Source of the DNA: an uncultured Ignavibacteriales bacterium
GTDB lineage: Bacteria; Zixibacteria; MSB-5A5; GN15; FEB-12
NCBI GenBank assembly: GCA_964464605.1
Contig: CAYXJN010000011.1
Span: 1-56,244, forward strand
DNA: 56,244 bases
Direction of reading: 5' to 3'
Shown: one piece after another, positions 19,698 to 29,579 of the stretch
Layout: each line of letters starts with the position of its first letter
Numbering within the stretch: the stretch's first letter is position 1
The notes under the pieces: model-generated
The model's database searches: none
What the model was told of the DNA's origin: nothing
The model's input: only the letters and a program-made list of their open reading frames with translations
Translations under genes and position numbers: made by a program

Positions 19698-21301
19698 TGT
19701 ACTCCCTCCATACCGATCGAGAACTGTAAATCGAAGCCATCTTCAGATTTCTTTTTTGCGTATTGCATCAATCGGACATTTTCAAAATACTGGTTCTTGC
19801 CGAATGCTTTCACGTAATCGGCTAAAATAAGCTCCGGTGGGATGTTTGATGAACGCACGACTCCCTGCACATACAGATTTTCCGGTGTTTTACCCGGTTC
19901 AAACTCGAACGAGCTTAACTGCACCCCATCCGGGGTAATATGGGAGAGCGATTTCAAATTCAGCGAAGCGCCGCCGTTAGAAGCTTCAATTTGATCGAAA
20001 TAAGTTTTGTTCGAAGCTATCTGCGATTGTAAAAGAGCGTGCGATGCATTCGCCGTTGAAGTTTTCGCTTCTTCGATCTGTTTTTGCAGCGTTGCCAACC
20101 GTGTTTCCGTCGAGGCAAGCTCATTTCGCTGGTTAACCCAGAACATCACGAGCGTTGCCAAAAGGGCGGCAAAACCGAGCGCGCTCAGGCGGTTGAGCTT
20201 GCGTAAGCGTATAACCGCTTTTTGCTCCGGCGGGAGCATGCTGGCTAATTCATACGAACAGAAACAGGAGGCAATTACCGGAAGGGACTCGCGCATCATG
20301 TTCGAGAAAAAGGGGTCCTGACCTTTCAAGAATGTCAGTTTGCCGGTCGGAAAACGGCGGATATCCAATCCGGTCTTCAGTTCAAGCTGCTCGACTAATT
20401 GATCAGAGCCGGAAAGGTCACCATACGCATACACCTTGGAACTGCCTGCACGGGAGAATTGCCCGGTGTAAAAATCCATAGCGGTAACAACTTCCTGGGC
20501 AATGCTCGCTGAAACCGACTCGAAATCGACATAATCCGCCCAACCCGGAAAAAAGAGAGAATCAAGCGAAGCGTGGTGCAGCATTTCAAGATTAGTGCCG
20601 CGATAGAATGAAATTTCCAATTGCGATTGATTCAACCGGATAAGCGTGTATTCATTATTCTCTTTGTATTCAGGCAGAGAACGAAGCAACTGCCCAATAG
20701 CATCATGGCTGTAGTGAATCGTCGAAACGGTGATATTTACGGCTTTGAAATAAGCGATCTGCTGCTCGATATGACGGCGGGTGGCGGCTTCGAGCGCGAC
20801 TTTGTACCGCTGGCCGCCATCAAGAGAAATTTTGCTTAATATGCGAAAGTCATAGATGCAGTCATCAATGGCGAACGGTATCTGTCGCGCGGCTTCATAC
20901 CGAACAGCGTCCTGCAAATCCCGCTTGGCCAGAGTCGGCAAAGTAAAGGTACGATAGGATGTTTCGTTGCCGGATACGGAGAGGATAATTTCCGCCGAGC
21001 GCTTGCCGTAGGTACCGCAGAAATCGGAAATCGCGTTTCTGATAAAATCATCTTTTTCCGATGCTTCCTGCGGAATCGGCAGCTTGCGCAGGGCAAGTAC
21101 CCGGTTTCGTCCTGCGAAATTGGAAGCCGCCGCCAGGGAAAGGAAATGGGTATCTATCGAAACGGAGATGGTCCGTCCGGTCGAATAATGCGGATGCGGC
21201 GCGATCTGTTTTTCAGAAAATGAGTGCGGCGTATCTGCAGGCTCAGATCGTTTGGTGACTCTGCTGATTTCTTTCAAGGCTGTAGAGAACTTCGAAAACA
21301 C
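19694..21301 (-). CDS. Fused PilM-PilN-like assembly protein
   Basis: N-terminal PilM actin-like region (RTFTLP..EAARQIPF..YDF), then MLP, TM helix, coiled coil and a PilN-like C-terminus (LSHITPDGVQL). Confidence 0.7.
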   Translation of the reverse strand: MFSKFSTALKEISRVTKRSEPADTPHSFSEKQIAPHPHYSTGRTISVSIDTHFLSLAAASNFAGRNRVLALRKLPIPQEASEKDDFIRNAISDFCGTYGKRSAEIILSVSGNETSYRTFTLPTLAKRDLQDAVRYEAARQIPFAIDDCIYDFRILSKISLDGGQRYKVALEAATRRHIEQQIAYFKAVNITVSTIHYSHDAIGQLLRSLPEYKENNEYTLIRLNQSQLEISFYRGTNLEMLHHASLDSLFFPGWADYVDFESVSASIAQEVVTAMDFYTGQFSRAGSSKVYAYGDLSGSDQLVEQLELKTGLDIRRFPTGKLTFLKGQDPFFSNMMRESLPVIASCFCSYELASMLPPEQKAVIRLRKLNRLSALGFAALLATLVMFWVNQRNELASTETRLATLQKQIEEAKTSTANASHALLQSQIASNKTYFDQIEASNGGASLNLKSLSHITPDGVQLSSFEFEPGKTPENLYVQGVVRSSNIPPELILADYVKAFGKNQYFENVRLMQYAKKKSEDGFDLQFSIGMEGVQ

Positions 21302-21316
21302 GGACGCTCCTGAGAA

Positions 21317-21781
21317 TTAAAAAGTCACAATGATGCTGTCAGTACCACCGACTGAAATAATTCGCCGCGATGATGACTGGTACACATAGGCAACCCCCCA
21401 GGCATCTTTGTTGTATCCGCCCATAGCGCTGTCGATATACGGTCCGTTCCAGCCGATGCGCGTGAGTTTGTTGTAGGTCGATACGCTATCCGGCTTAACG
21501 ATCAGATCTTTTAGCAGCGAAGGGACAAAGCCAACATCTCCCAAAAATCCACGGTCGATGACCGAACCGCCCGCAACGATTGTCGGACTGCCGACTATCG
21601 CCCGTTTGAGCTGCTGAATTTCCTCTTTTGTCGCAGTGATTTTCGAACTGTCAGTGATCGAACTGAATTTAGGAACAGCGAAGGCGGCCAGTATTCCTAA
21701 AACAACAATAATGACAACAAGCTCCACCAGCGTGAAACCGCCTGAGTGGAGCTTGCGCAATTGTAGACGAGAGGGAAACAT
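21317..21781 (-). CDS. Prepilin/pseudopilin-like protein
   Basis: Class III signal GFTLVELVVIIVVLGILAAFAVP; GspG-like WNGPY and DAWG motifs. Confidence 0.85.
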   Translation of the reverse strand: MFPSRLQLRKLHSGGFTLVELVVIIVVLGILAAFAVPKFSSITDSSKITATKEEIQQLKRAIVGSPTIVAGGSVIDRGFLGDVGFVPSLLKDLIVKPDSVSTYNKLTRIGWNGPYIDSAMGGYNKDAWGVAYVYQSSSRRIISVGGTDSIIVTF

Positions 21782-21805
21782 GGATTACCTGTTTCCTTCT
21801 GCCGC

Positions 21806-22243
21806 TTACCAGCTGTTTTCGCCGACAGTGTTCGTGTTCGGCCAGATTTCTCCGGTAGAAGCCAGATATGCCCAGCCACCGCGGGTACCGACAATGGTTC
21901 CCTTGGTAACGCCGGTGACAATAGAATCAGGAGCGTTTGCAGCGGCCTGATACGGATTCTTCGGAATCGACTGCGCCATAACGGTGCCTACTGTGCCCAA
22001 CTGAGCAAGGGAGGGCCATGCGGCGGTACCGGTGCTGACAGCCTGGTTGGCATAATAAATCGTGATACCGGAACGCAATGCGCTCAATGAGCTGCGGCCG
22101 GAAGCTTCTTTCGCCTGAGTCGACATATCCTGATACTTCGGAATGGCAACCGCTGAGAGAATACCCAGCACGACGATGATAATAACGAGCTCGATAAGGG
22201 TGAAACCTTTCTGAGCATTAGCGTTGGAAAAACGGGAAAACAT
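21806..22243 (-). CDS. Type IV pilin (probable major pilin)
   Basis: QKGFTLIELVIIIVVLGILSAVAIPKY; strong AGGAGG SD; separate upstream promoter. Confidence 0.85.
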   Translation of the reverse strand: MFSRFSNANAQKGFTLIELVIIIVVLGILSAVAIPKYQDMSTQAKEASGRSSLSALRSGITIYYANQAVSTGTAAWPSLAQLGTVGTVMAQSIPKNPYQAAANAPDSIVTGVTKGTIVGTRGGWAYLASTGEIWPNTNTVGENSW

Positions 22244-22297
22244 TGTTCGTAACCTCCTGAAAAGTAGGTCATTTCTTTCTCAAGTTTATTGCTTTCA

Positions 22298-22324
22298 GTA
22301 TCGGCAGACTGTTGAAAATCTTAA
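22298..22324 (-). promoter_or_regulatory. Sigma28-like promoter of the pilin gene
   Basis: Minus strand TTAA-N15-GCCGATAC versus consensus TAAA-N15-GCCGATAA. Confidence 0.55.
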
Positions 22325-22341
22325 CAGTTGCCAATGCGGCG

Positions 22342-23553
22342 TTAGTGGAATGCTTTAATCAAATTCCACATAGGCAGGAAGATCGCTAAGGCCATTACCA
22401 GCACGAAAGCGCCCAAAATGAGGGTCAAAATAGGTTCGATTATGGAGGTCAACTGCCGCGAGGTATATTCTACCTGCTTGGAGTAATGACGGCCGATTTC
22501 ATCAAGCATACGCTCGAGTGCGCCGGACTCAAGTCCGATTCCCATAAGGTGAAGGCTGAATTCCGGAATCAGTTTGAACTGCTCGGTATTGAGCTGTCCA
22601 TCTTTACCTTCCCGAAACAACTGCGCCATATGTTTCACTTCCAGTGCGATTGCCGAGTTCTTCACTGAGTCGGCCAGAATGGTCAACGATTGAACAATGG
22701 GAAGCCCAGCTTTGAAGAGAATGCGAAAGAGAAACGCGAACCGGGCAATGTTTCCTTTAACAATTAACTGCCCGATAACCGGAATGCGGAGTATTTGCCG
22801 GTCGAACCATAACCGTCCGTTCGGGTTTTTCAAAAGCGTATGCATGCCGAATGCGCCGGCGATAATCGCGCCGACCAAGTAATACCAGTGCGCCTTCAAA
22901 AATGCGCTGGTTCCCAACAGCATTCTGGTCGGCAGCGGCAGCTGCGCCTGCATGGCGCTATAGAAATCAACGAATTTCGGAATAACGAAAAAAAGCATCG
23001 CGGCAGCGGCCAATACGATGACGGAGATAACGATCGTCGGATAACGGATACTCGATTTGATCTGACGGGTCAGATCGAGCTCTTTTTCCATGATCTGGGA
23101 GAGTTCATCCAATACTTCATCCAAATGTCCCGATTCTTCACCGGCATTGATCGTGGAGGTATAAACTTTCGAAAAAATATCCGGAAATTCACTCATGGCG
23201 CGGGAGAGCGATTTACCCGCTTCGACTTGTTCACGAAGCCCGGCGATAACGGTGTTAAACCGTCCCTGTTTCGGACCAATTTGAATAATATGCAGCGCGC
23301 GCAACAGTGGAACACCGGCGCGATACATAGTTGAGAGGCTGCTGGTGAACGTAATCAGATGCTCATAGTGCGAGCTGCGAAAAAAACCTAATGAGGAAAA
23401 CTGGCCGGCTGCCTGTTTTTCGGAAATGCGAATAGGGTAGAGGCGCTGTTCGATGAGAGATTCGATGACCTGCGTGCGAGTCTCAGCCGTCATCACTCCG
23501 GCGATGGTGTTTCCTTCCGGCGAGGCGGCTCTATAATGAAATCGACTCGACAT
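22342..23553 (-). CDS. pilC: PilC/GspF inner-membrane platform protein
   Basis: AGVPLLRAL, GEESGHLDEVL, YP..V, LPLPTR, ESGALERML, IEP. Confidence 0.9.
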   Translation of the reverse strand: MSSRFHYRAASPEGNTIAGVMTAETRTQVIESLIEQRLYPIRISEKQAAGQFSSLGFFRSSHYEHLITFTSSLSTMYRAGVPLLRALHIIQIGPKQGRFNTVIAGLREQVEAGKSLSRAMSEFPDIFSKVYTSTINAGEESGHLDEVLDELSQIMEKELDLTRQIKSSIRYPTIVISVIVLAAAAMLFFVIPKFVDFYSAMQAQLPLPTRMLLGTSAFLKAHWYYLVGAIIAGAFGMHTLLKNPNGRLWFDRQILRIPVIGQLIVKGNIARFAFLFRILFKAGLPIVQSLTILADSVKNSAIALEVKHMAQLFREGKDGQLNTEQFKLIPEFSLHLMGIGLESGALERMLDEIGRHYSKQVEYTSRQLTSIIEPILTLILGAFVLVMALAIFLPMWNLIKAFH

Positions 23554-25282
23554 CGCTCGCCCGGTTTGCTGATGAATGTATCGGCTTTTCGTACTCTTCG
23601 AAGTTCGAGGTCTGCTTGAGCATTTCTTCTAAGCAGACGGAGCCGTTGGATAATTTTTCAAGACCGGTTTCAAACAATGGCATGTATCCGTTGCGTCTGG
23701 CTTCATCCTTGATCTCTTGAACCGGTCTATTATGAATAATCATGTCTGATATGGCGGGTGTAACTTCGAGCAGCTCGTAAATGCCTGTTCGTCCGCTGTA
23801 TCCGGAACGACGGCAGGTGGGGCATCCGGCGCCCCGCTTAAAATTGATAACTTCGGCTAATTCCGTAAGTCCAGCCCGTTCAATAAGTGCCTGCTGCGGC
23901 GTGTAAGATTCCAAACATTCCTGACAATTCAATCGTACTAACCGCTGGGCTAAAATTCCTTTGAGCGCTGAGGCAACCAAATAGGGTTCGATACCCATGT
24001 CGACCAGACGGGCGACAGTAGAGGGTGCATCGTTGGTGTGAATGGTGCTGAACACCAAATGTCCGGTGAGTGCGGAACGTACTGCCATACTGGCGGTTTC
24101 CGGGTCACGAATTTCTCCGATCATGATAATGTTTGGATTCTGACGGAGAATCGAACGAAGCGCCGCCGGATAATCCAACCCGGCGCGATCATTGATCTGC
24201 ACCTGATTGATGAGCGGCAGTGAATACTCCACCGGATCTTCAACGGTAATGATATTTTTTTCAACGGAGTTGATATCACTCAATGTTGCATACAGCGTCG
24301 AAGTTTTACCGCTTGAAGTCGGACCGGTGATGAGCAACAGTCCTTCCGGTTTGGTAATGAGTTCCTGCCAGCGCTCTGCAGCAGCAGGTGAGAATCCGAG
24401 CTGCGTACAGGAAAGGCGAACATTCCGCCGATCAAGCAAACGAATAACCACTTTTTCGCCGTGAATGGTCGGCAAGGTAGAGATACGCAAATCGACATGG
24501 CCGGTTTCTAAGGCAAGCATGAAACGTCCGTCCTGCGGCAGCCGCTTTTCAGATACGTCTAAGTTCGCGGCAATCTTGATACGGGAGATAAGCTCATTCT
24601 GCATCGACTTCGGCGGCGCAGCTTCTTGCCGCATGACGCCGTCGATACGATAGCGAATACGCAAACGGGATTCTTCCGGCTCGATATGAATATCTGAGGC
24701 TTTTTCCTTGGCAGCTTTTCTGATTATCAAGTTAACGAGCTTGATAATCGGGCTTTCCGGTTCTGCTTCTACGGTTGGGGCTTGCTTTTTGCTGGTTAGA
24801 TCAGAATCGTTTGATGTGCCCATGATTTGGTTAAGGGAATCGGCAACGGAATAGTACTGATCAATAGCGGTACGAATTTCGCTCGAACTGGCGATTGACC
24901 GCTTTACTGTTTTGCCGGTGAGATACCGGATTTCATCGACGGCAATAAGGTTGAGCGGATCGGCCATGGCGACGGTAAGCGTCGTGCCGATTTCTAAAAT
25001 CGGAATAAGCGTATAGCGGCGGGCGACATCGACGTTGATTCGACGGATAACTTCCGGATCGATAACGAGCGCTTTAATGGAAATTTTCGGGATATTTAGA
25101 CGTTCAGAAACGGCATCCATTACCTGATCTTCAGTGACTATCCCACGATCAACGAGCAACTCACCGATGCGTTTACCGGTCATCGACTGTTCACGCAGAA
25201 CGTCATTGAGTTGTTCTTGCGTGATTAGTCCTTTTTCAAGGATGATATCACCAATCTTTTTCTTGACCATTTGTTGTGCCAT
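23531..25282 (-). CDS. pilB: PilB/GspE assembly ATPase
   Basis: N-terminal KIGDIILEKG (MshEN-like), ASDIHIEP, GPTSSGKT, TVEDPVE, GEIRD, GHLVFSTIHTN, Zn-binding CxxC pairs; start uncertain (ORF to 25372). Confidence 0.9.
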   Translation of the reverse strand: MAQQMVKKKIGDIILEKGLITQEQLNDVLREQSMTGKRIGELLVDRGIVTEDQVMDAVSERLNIPKISIKALVIDPEVIRRINVDVARRYTLIPILEIGTTLTVAMADPLNLIAVDEIRYLTGKTVKRSIASSSEIRTAIDQYYSVADSLNQIMGTSNDSDLTSKKQAPTVEAEPESPIIKLVNLIIRKAAKEKASDIHIEPEESRLRIRYRIDGVMRQEAAPPKSMQNELISRIKIAANLDVSEKRLPQDGRFMLALETGHVDLRISTLPTIHGEKVVIRLLDRRNVRLSCTQLGFSPAAAERWQELITKPEGLLLITGPTSSGKTSTLYATLSDINSVEKNIITVEDPVEYSLPLINQVQINDRAGLDYPAALRSILRQNPNIIMIGEIRDPETASMAVRSALTGHLVFSTIHTNDAPSTVARLVDMGIEPYLVASALKGILAQRLVRLNCQECLESYTPQQALIERAGLTELAEVINFKRGAGCPTCRRSGYSGRTGIYELLEVTPAISDMIIHNRPVQEIKDEARRNGYMPLFETGLEKLSNGSVCLEEMLKQTSNFEEYEKPIHSSANRASDVESISL

Positions 25283-25311
25283 ATCGGTATTAGTCCGTTT
25301 GTGATAATTAG

Positions 25312-25338
25312 TTATCGGCGTTCCGCCGGATTTAGTGA
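25312..25338 (-). promoter_or_regulatory. Sigma28-like promoter of pilB
   Basis: Exact GCCGATAA -10 on the minus strand; -35 imperfect (TCAC at N15). Confidence 0.45.
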
Positions 25339-25388
25339 GCATTTTTCGACCATTAATTACCGGTCTGCGCACAATTCCTTGAAAGTGA

Positions 25389-27083
25389 ATGAGTGATAAG
25401 CAATTGAATAATCAGCGAGTTTTGAGTTTAACGATTCTTTCTACCTTCGTCATCCTGCTTGGTACGGGTGGAAAAGTGCTCAGAGCACAGGAGAGCGGGT
25501 CAGCGCAGGATTCCCTGCACAATCAGGATGCCGCATTCGAAGGAGTGATTATCGACAGTATTGAGATCACTAGTCAGGATGTGTTCGACACGAAGAACGT
25601 GAAATACAATCGATTTCCATATCGTCTTATCAATAGGCTGCACATACAAACCAAACCGTTCGTGATTCGCTCCGAAGTGCTTTTACAGGTCGGGAAACCG
25701 TATTCGAACGAGATGGCGCGGGAAACAGAACGAAACATCCGCGCACGATTGTTTGTCTATGAAGCAGAAGTGAAGCCGGAGCGACTTGCAAACGGAAAAC
25801 TGCTTGTCAGAATACATACGATTGATCAATGGAGTATCGCCGGCGGGGTCGGTTTGCGAAAGGAAGGGGATGCACTTGAGTATGACATTACTTTCGAAGA
25901 CCGGAACTTATTCGGGTTAAACCATCGTTTCGCCGCACAGCAGGTGCATCCGGCGCATGACGACAACTACGCTACGCTGCTTTACTCAACGTCGCGAATT
26001 GGAAAGCTGCCGTATTCGTTGAGCTTTTTCGGAACAACCAACACGGAGTCCCGCGGTTTTGCAGCGGAACTTGCCCATCCGTACTTCGATCGTCTGCAGC
26101 GTTTTAGCTACGGGGTTAACGGCGGTCATCGCAAGGGTGCAGTGACGATTCGGGATGATACCGAAGAACCGGCAAAAACGGAGTACAGAGCATCCTCACT
26201 TTCTTTAGCAGGATTTTACCGGAGCGGAACGTTGCGGGAGAAACTGACTTTAGGCCTGTTTTACAAATATCAATTTTTCCGAAATGACTCGGTGGTTGTC
26301 GATTCCGGATACACTCTGGAATCAGTAGCTGCCGAGCTGCCGGTTGATACCGTCTATCATGAAATCGGGGTCGGAGCGGAGTTACGGCGAATCGATTATC
26401 TGCAGTTGAAGCGAATAGATCGGTACGCCGTCGTAGAAGATTTCACCGTCGGTCCGACATTTTTGTTTCTGTTCGCTAAACCGTTTGCCGGTTACCAAAA
26501 GGATGAGCACCGGTATGAAGTCGGAGTTGGATATACCGGATATCGCCATCATACCCTGGTTTCAGTCAACCATCAACGCGGCTATCTGTTTAATGAAACC
26601 GGAAGATTACGGACAACTACCCGGTTACACGCGAAACTCTACAACAATTACCTGCCTTGGATGACCGTTGCGATGAATTCAATTGTCAATACGGCCGTGG
26701 TACATTCGGGAAGTAACCCCCTTATACTCGGCGGGTTCTCCGGGCTTCGCGGCTACCCACAGTATTTCAAAACCGGCAACCGAACCGCTGTGTTGAGTTC
26801 GGAGCTTCGCTTTTTCAGTGGACTTGATATTTTTTCGATCGCCATTGGTTCAGCTTTTTTTGCCGATGTAGGTACTAACTGGAAGCATGGTGATCACTGG
26901 CGAGAGTTAACGACCTACGGAAGCGTAGGCGCCGGACTTCGCTTTAATGCCGACCGGGTATCGGGAGGAGCAACCTTTCGGGTGGATGTTGTCTACTCAA
27001 AGTTGTACGGCACAGAGGTTTCAGTCGGATTAGGCCAGAACATCTCTGCGAAGTCGGGTGAAATTGGCTTGACAAATCATTGA
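25389..27083 (+). CDS. Omp85/BamA-TamA-like outer-membrane protein
   Basis: Signal peptide, POTRA-like TKPFVIRSEVL..ETERNIR, DRNLFGL, LGGFSGLRGY, GAGLRF. Confidence 0.75.
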   Translation: MSDKQLNNQRVLSLTILSTFVILLGTGGKVLRAQESGSAQDSLHNQDAAFEGVIIDSIEITSQDVFDTKNVKYNRFPYRLINRLHIQTKPFVIRSEVLLQVGKPYSNEMARETERNIRARLFVYEAEVKPERLANGKLLVRIHTIDQWSIAGGVGLRKEGDALEYDITFEDRNLFGLNHRFAAQQVHPAHDDNYATLLYSTSRIGKLPYSLSFFGTTNTESRGFAAELAHPYFDRLQRFSYGVNGGHRKGAVTIRDDTEEPAKTEYRASSLSLAGFYRSGTLREKLTLGLFYKYQFFRNDSVVVDSGYTLESVAAELPVDTVYHEIGVGAELRRIDYLQLKRIDRYAVVEDFTVGPTFLFLFAKPFAGYQKDEHRYEVGVGYTGYRHHTLVSVNHQRGYLFNETGRLRTTTRLHAKLYNNYLPWMTVAMNSIVNTAVVHSGSNPLILGGFSGLRGYPQYFKTGNRTAVLSSELRFFSGLDIFSIAIGSAFFADVGTNWKHGDHWRELTTYGSVGAGLRFNADRVSGGATFRVDVVYSKLYGTEVSVGLGQNISAKSGEIGLTNH

Positions 27084-27159
27084 TAAAGCATAAGTTAAGG
27101 TGTCTTGGTGTACTCACCGCCCGGGCCTCTGAATGACTAAATTGACCGCCAAAAACAGA

Positions 27160-29175
27160 ATGAAAAGAACAGTCAGCACTCTCATTTTAATTACGATATG
27201 GTTTGCAGCGGTTTCATCCTTGTCTGCACGTGCTCTGCAATCCGGGCAGGACCCGCTTTCATTAATTCGTTCCGATTATCAGGCCGGTGCAATCACTGTT
27301 GACCAAAAAGCGAATCTCTATATCGATGCTATCAGATATCCGAAGCGCTTGCCCGCAAAGTATGCCAGCCGAAAAACATTGGCTGAAGCTCCGGCGGGTT
27401 GCCCTACAATTGCCTTGAAAGAGGTCAAGACAGAATGGGCGGAGTTATCACCTGAAACGCAACAACGCTTTTCCGAAGCGTTCGCCCGTTTATCCACTGC
27501 CTTTACCTATGTGACCCCATCCGGATTTTTTACTATCCATTACGATATCACCGGTGGTGATGCCGTTCCGAGTGCGGATGCAAACAGCAACACGATTCCC
27601 GATTATATTGAGCGATGCGCTGCCTACTTGGATTCGAGTCTCGACAAACTTACTGAACAAGGTTATCTGTTGCCGCCATCGGATGAAGGATTGGGTGGAG
27701 ATAATACGTTTGATGTCTATTTCCAGGAGATGGGATTTTATGGCTACGCCGTTCCGGAAAATGACGGTCCTGCGGCTTGGAATGACTATTACAGCCATCT
27801 GACGCTACACCGGAACTTCATCGGGTTTCCGCCGAACAATGATCCGGAAGGGGACCAGCTTGGTGCCGCCAAAGTAACCATTGCGCATGAGTTCCGGCAC
27901 TGCTGTCAGTTTGCGTATGACGCAAGTGAATTCTCCTGGGTTATGGAGCTTGACGCCACCTATATGGAAGATATTGTTTTCAATGCGACGGATGATAACT
28001 ACAACTATCTGGGCTCTTTCTTTAGTACTCCGCAGAAATCGCTCATGGATGAATCGATCCATATGTACGCTTGTTTTACCTGGCATTTGTACTTGGCGCA
28101 AAAATTCGATACCTCCCTGATTCGTTCCGCTTGGGAGGGTGCCCGCTTCACAAGCGCGTACAATGCGCTCTCTGATTCATTGCTGGGTCATTATGGCTGG
28201 ACGCAGGATTCAGCCTTTGCTGATTACGCCGTCTGGAATTACATAACGAACACCAAAAATGACGGCCTGCATCACGAGGAAGCCGGCGCGTATCCGGCCA
28301 TGACCGTCGGACAAAGTTATTCTACCTATCCGGTCACGATGGTTCCGGGTCCATCAAATCCGGCCGGATACGCAGCATCCTATGTGCAATTCTTTCCGGG
28401 CAGCTCAGTCGGCAAATTACAAATCAATGTCGATGGAGAGAACGGCCGTCAGTGGAAATTCTATGTCGTAAAATCAACTGCTGACAATGTTCACGCGGTC
28501 GAAGAGATCGTTGCGCCATCGCCGGGGTATTCCGGTTCTCTTCTTATTCCGCAGTTTGAATCCTATTTCCGGGTTGCGCTGGTTGCGGTCAACGTATCTG
28601 AGTTTTCTGCTCCCGGTGTGTTTACCTATAGCGCTACCGTTACGCCGCCGTATCAAGTAGCCGGAGATATTCTCACCGATTCATTGGTTTATTCGGGAAA
28701 GATCCGCATATTCAAGTACAACCTGAGCAATCCATCGATAATTCCGGACATTTATGCGGTCATTGTATCAGATAGTTTAGGTTGGCTGCCGCTTGATACA
28801 GTCAATGTTGCTGTGGAAGCAGGGCAGGATTCTCTTTTGTCATTTCAAGTTCGGCCACAGCAGGGAACACCGCTTGGCGCACATTCGATGCTTCGTTTCG
28901 TTGCCCGCTCCTGGGGGGATTCCAGTGTTGTTGATACATCAACAATAAATGCCGTCACAATCCTTCAGCGCGGGGATGTGAATTTTTCCGGTAACATAAC
29001 GGTTGCCGATCTCACCTATTTGGTACAGTTTCTTTTTGGCGGCGGTGCGGCTCCCCTGCCGGTCGTTTTGGCGGCCGATGCAAACTGCAGCAACACAATT
29101 ACCGTTGCCGACTTAAGTTTCCTTGTCCAACGACTTTTCAATCTTGGCGCCAGCCCCCCCTGCAATCCGTTCTAA
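27160..29175 (+). CDS. Secreted zinc metalloprotease (MXAN_6640-like) with C-terminal dockerin type I domain
   Basis: Signal peptide, FTIHY, AHEFRH, and C-terminal GDVNFSGNITVADLTYLVQFLF...ADANCSNTITVADL. Confidence 0.8.
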   Translation: MKRTVSTLILITIWFAAVSSLSARALQSGQDPLSLIRSDYQAGAITVDQKANLYIDAIRYPKRLPAKYASRKTLAEAPAGCPTIALKEVKTEWAELSPETQQRFSEAFARLSTAFTYVTPSGFFTIHYDITGGDAVPSADANSNTIPDYIERCAAYLDSSLDKLTEQGYLLPPSDEGLGGDNTFDVYFQEMGFYGYAVPENDGPAAWNDYYSHLTLHRNFIGFPPNNDPEGDQLGAAKVTIAHEFRHCCQFAYDASEFSWVMELDATYMEDIVFNATDDNYNYLGSFFSTPQKSLMDESIHMYACFTWHLYLAQKFDTSLIRSAWEGARFTSAYNALSDSLLGHYGWTQDSAFADYAVWNYITNTKNDGLHHEEAGAYPAMTVGQSYSTYPVTMVPGPSNPAGYAASYVQFFPGSSVGKLQINVDGENGRQWKFYVVKSTADNVHAVEEIVAPSPGYSGSLLIPQFESYFRVALVAVNVSEFSAPGVFTYSATVTPPYQVAGDILTDSLVYSGKIRIFKYNLSNPSIIPDIYAVIVSDSLGWLPLDTVNVAVEAGQDSLLSFQVRPQQGTPLGAHSMLRFVARSWGDSSVVDTSTINAVTILQRGDVNFSGNITVADLTYLVQFLFGGGAAPLPVVLAADANCSNTITVADLSFLVQRLFNLGASPPCNPF

Positions 29176-29303
29176 CATTCCCCTTTTTTTGTTGACCAAT
29201 CGTCAGTTATCCGGATATCATAGTATCGGAAATTGTTAATTCGCACAGCCGTCTGAAACATCGGAACAGGGAGGTTCTGTGATTACGGCGTGGAGGGGAG
29301 AGA

Positions 29304-29522
29304 ATGGATTCTCAAGCTAACGGCTTTCGACCGAAAGTGCTGATTTGCGTCGAGTGCGGGGAAGAGTTTGTCTTTACCGCTGCCGCGCAGTTGTATTTTT
29401 CGGAGCGCGGCTATGCCGATGATCCGAAACGGTGCAAAAGCTGCCATACGCAGCATAAGCGAAATCAGCGCGATCCGCACAGCGAGAAAGTCAAAGAAAC
29501 CGACTTCCAAGTCCCAGAATAG
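29304..29522 (+). CDS. Small zinc-ribbon protein (zf-trcl type)
   Basis: LICVECGEEFVFTAAAQLYF..RG...PKRCKSC; GGAGG SD. Confidence 0.85.
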   Translation: MDSQANGFRPKVLICVECGEEFVFTAAAQLYFSERGYADDPKRCKSCHTQHKRNQRDPHSEKVKETDFQVPE

Positions 29523-29579
29523 AAAAGCTCCCCGGAGGAGTATTCCGAGGAGCCGCACAACAGGGAGAGAGTGTCGGTG

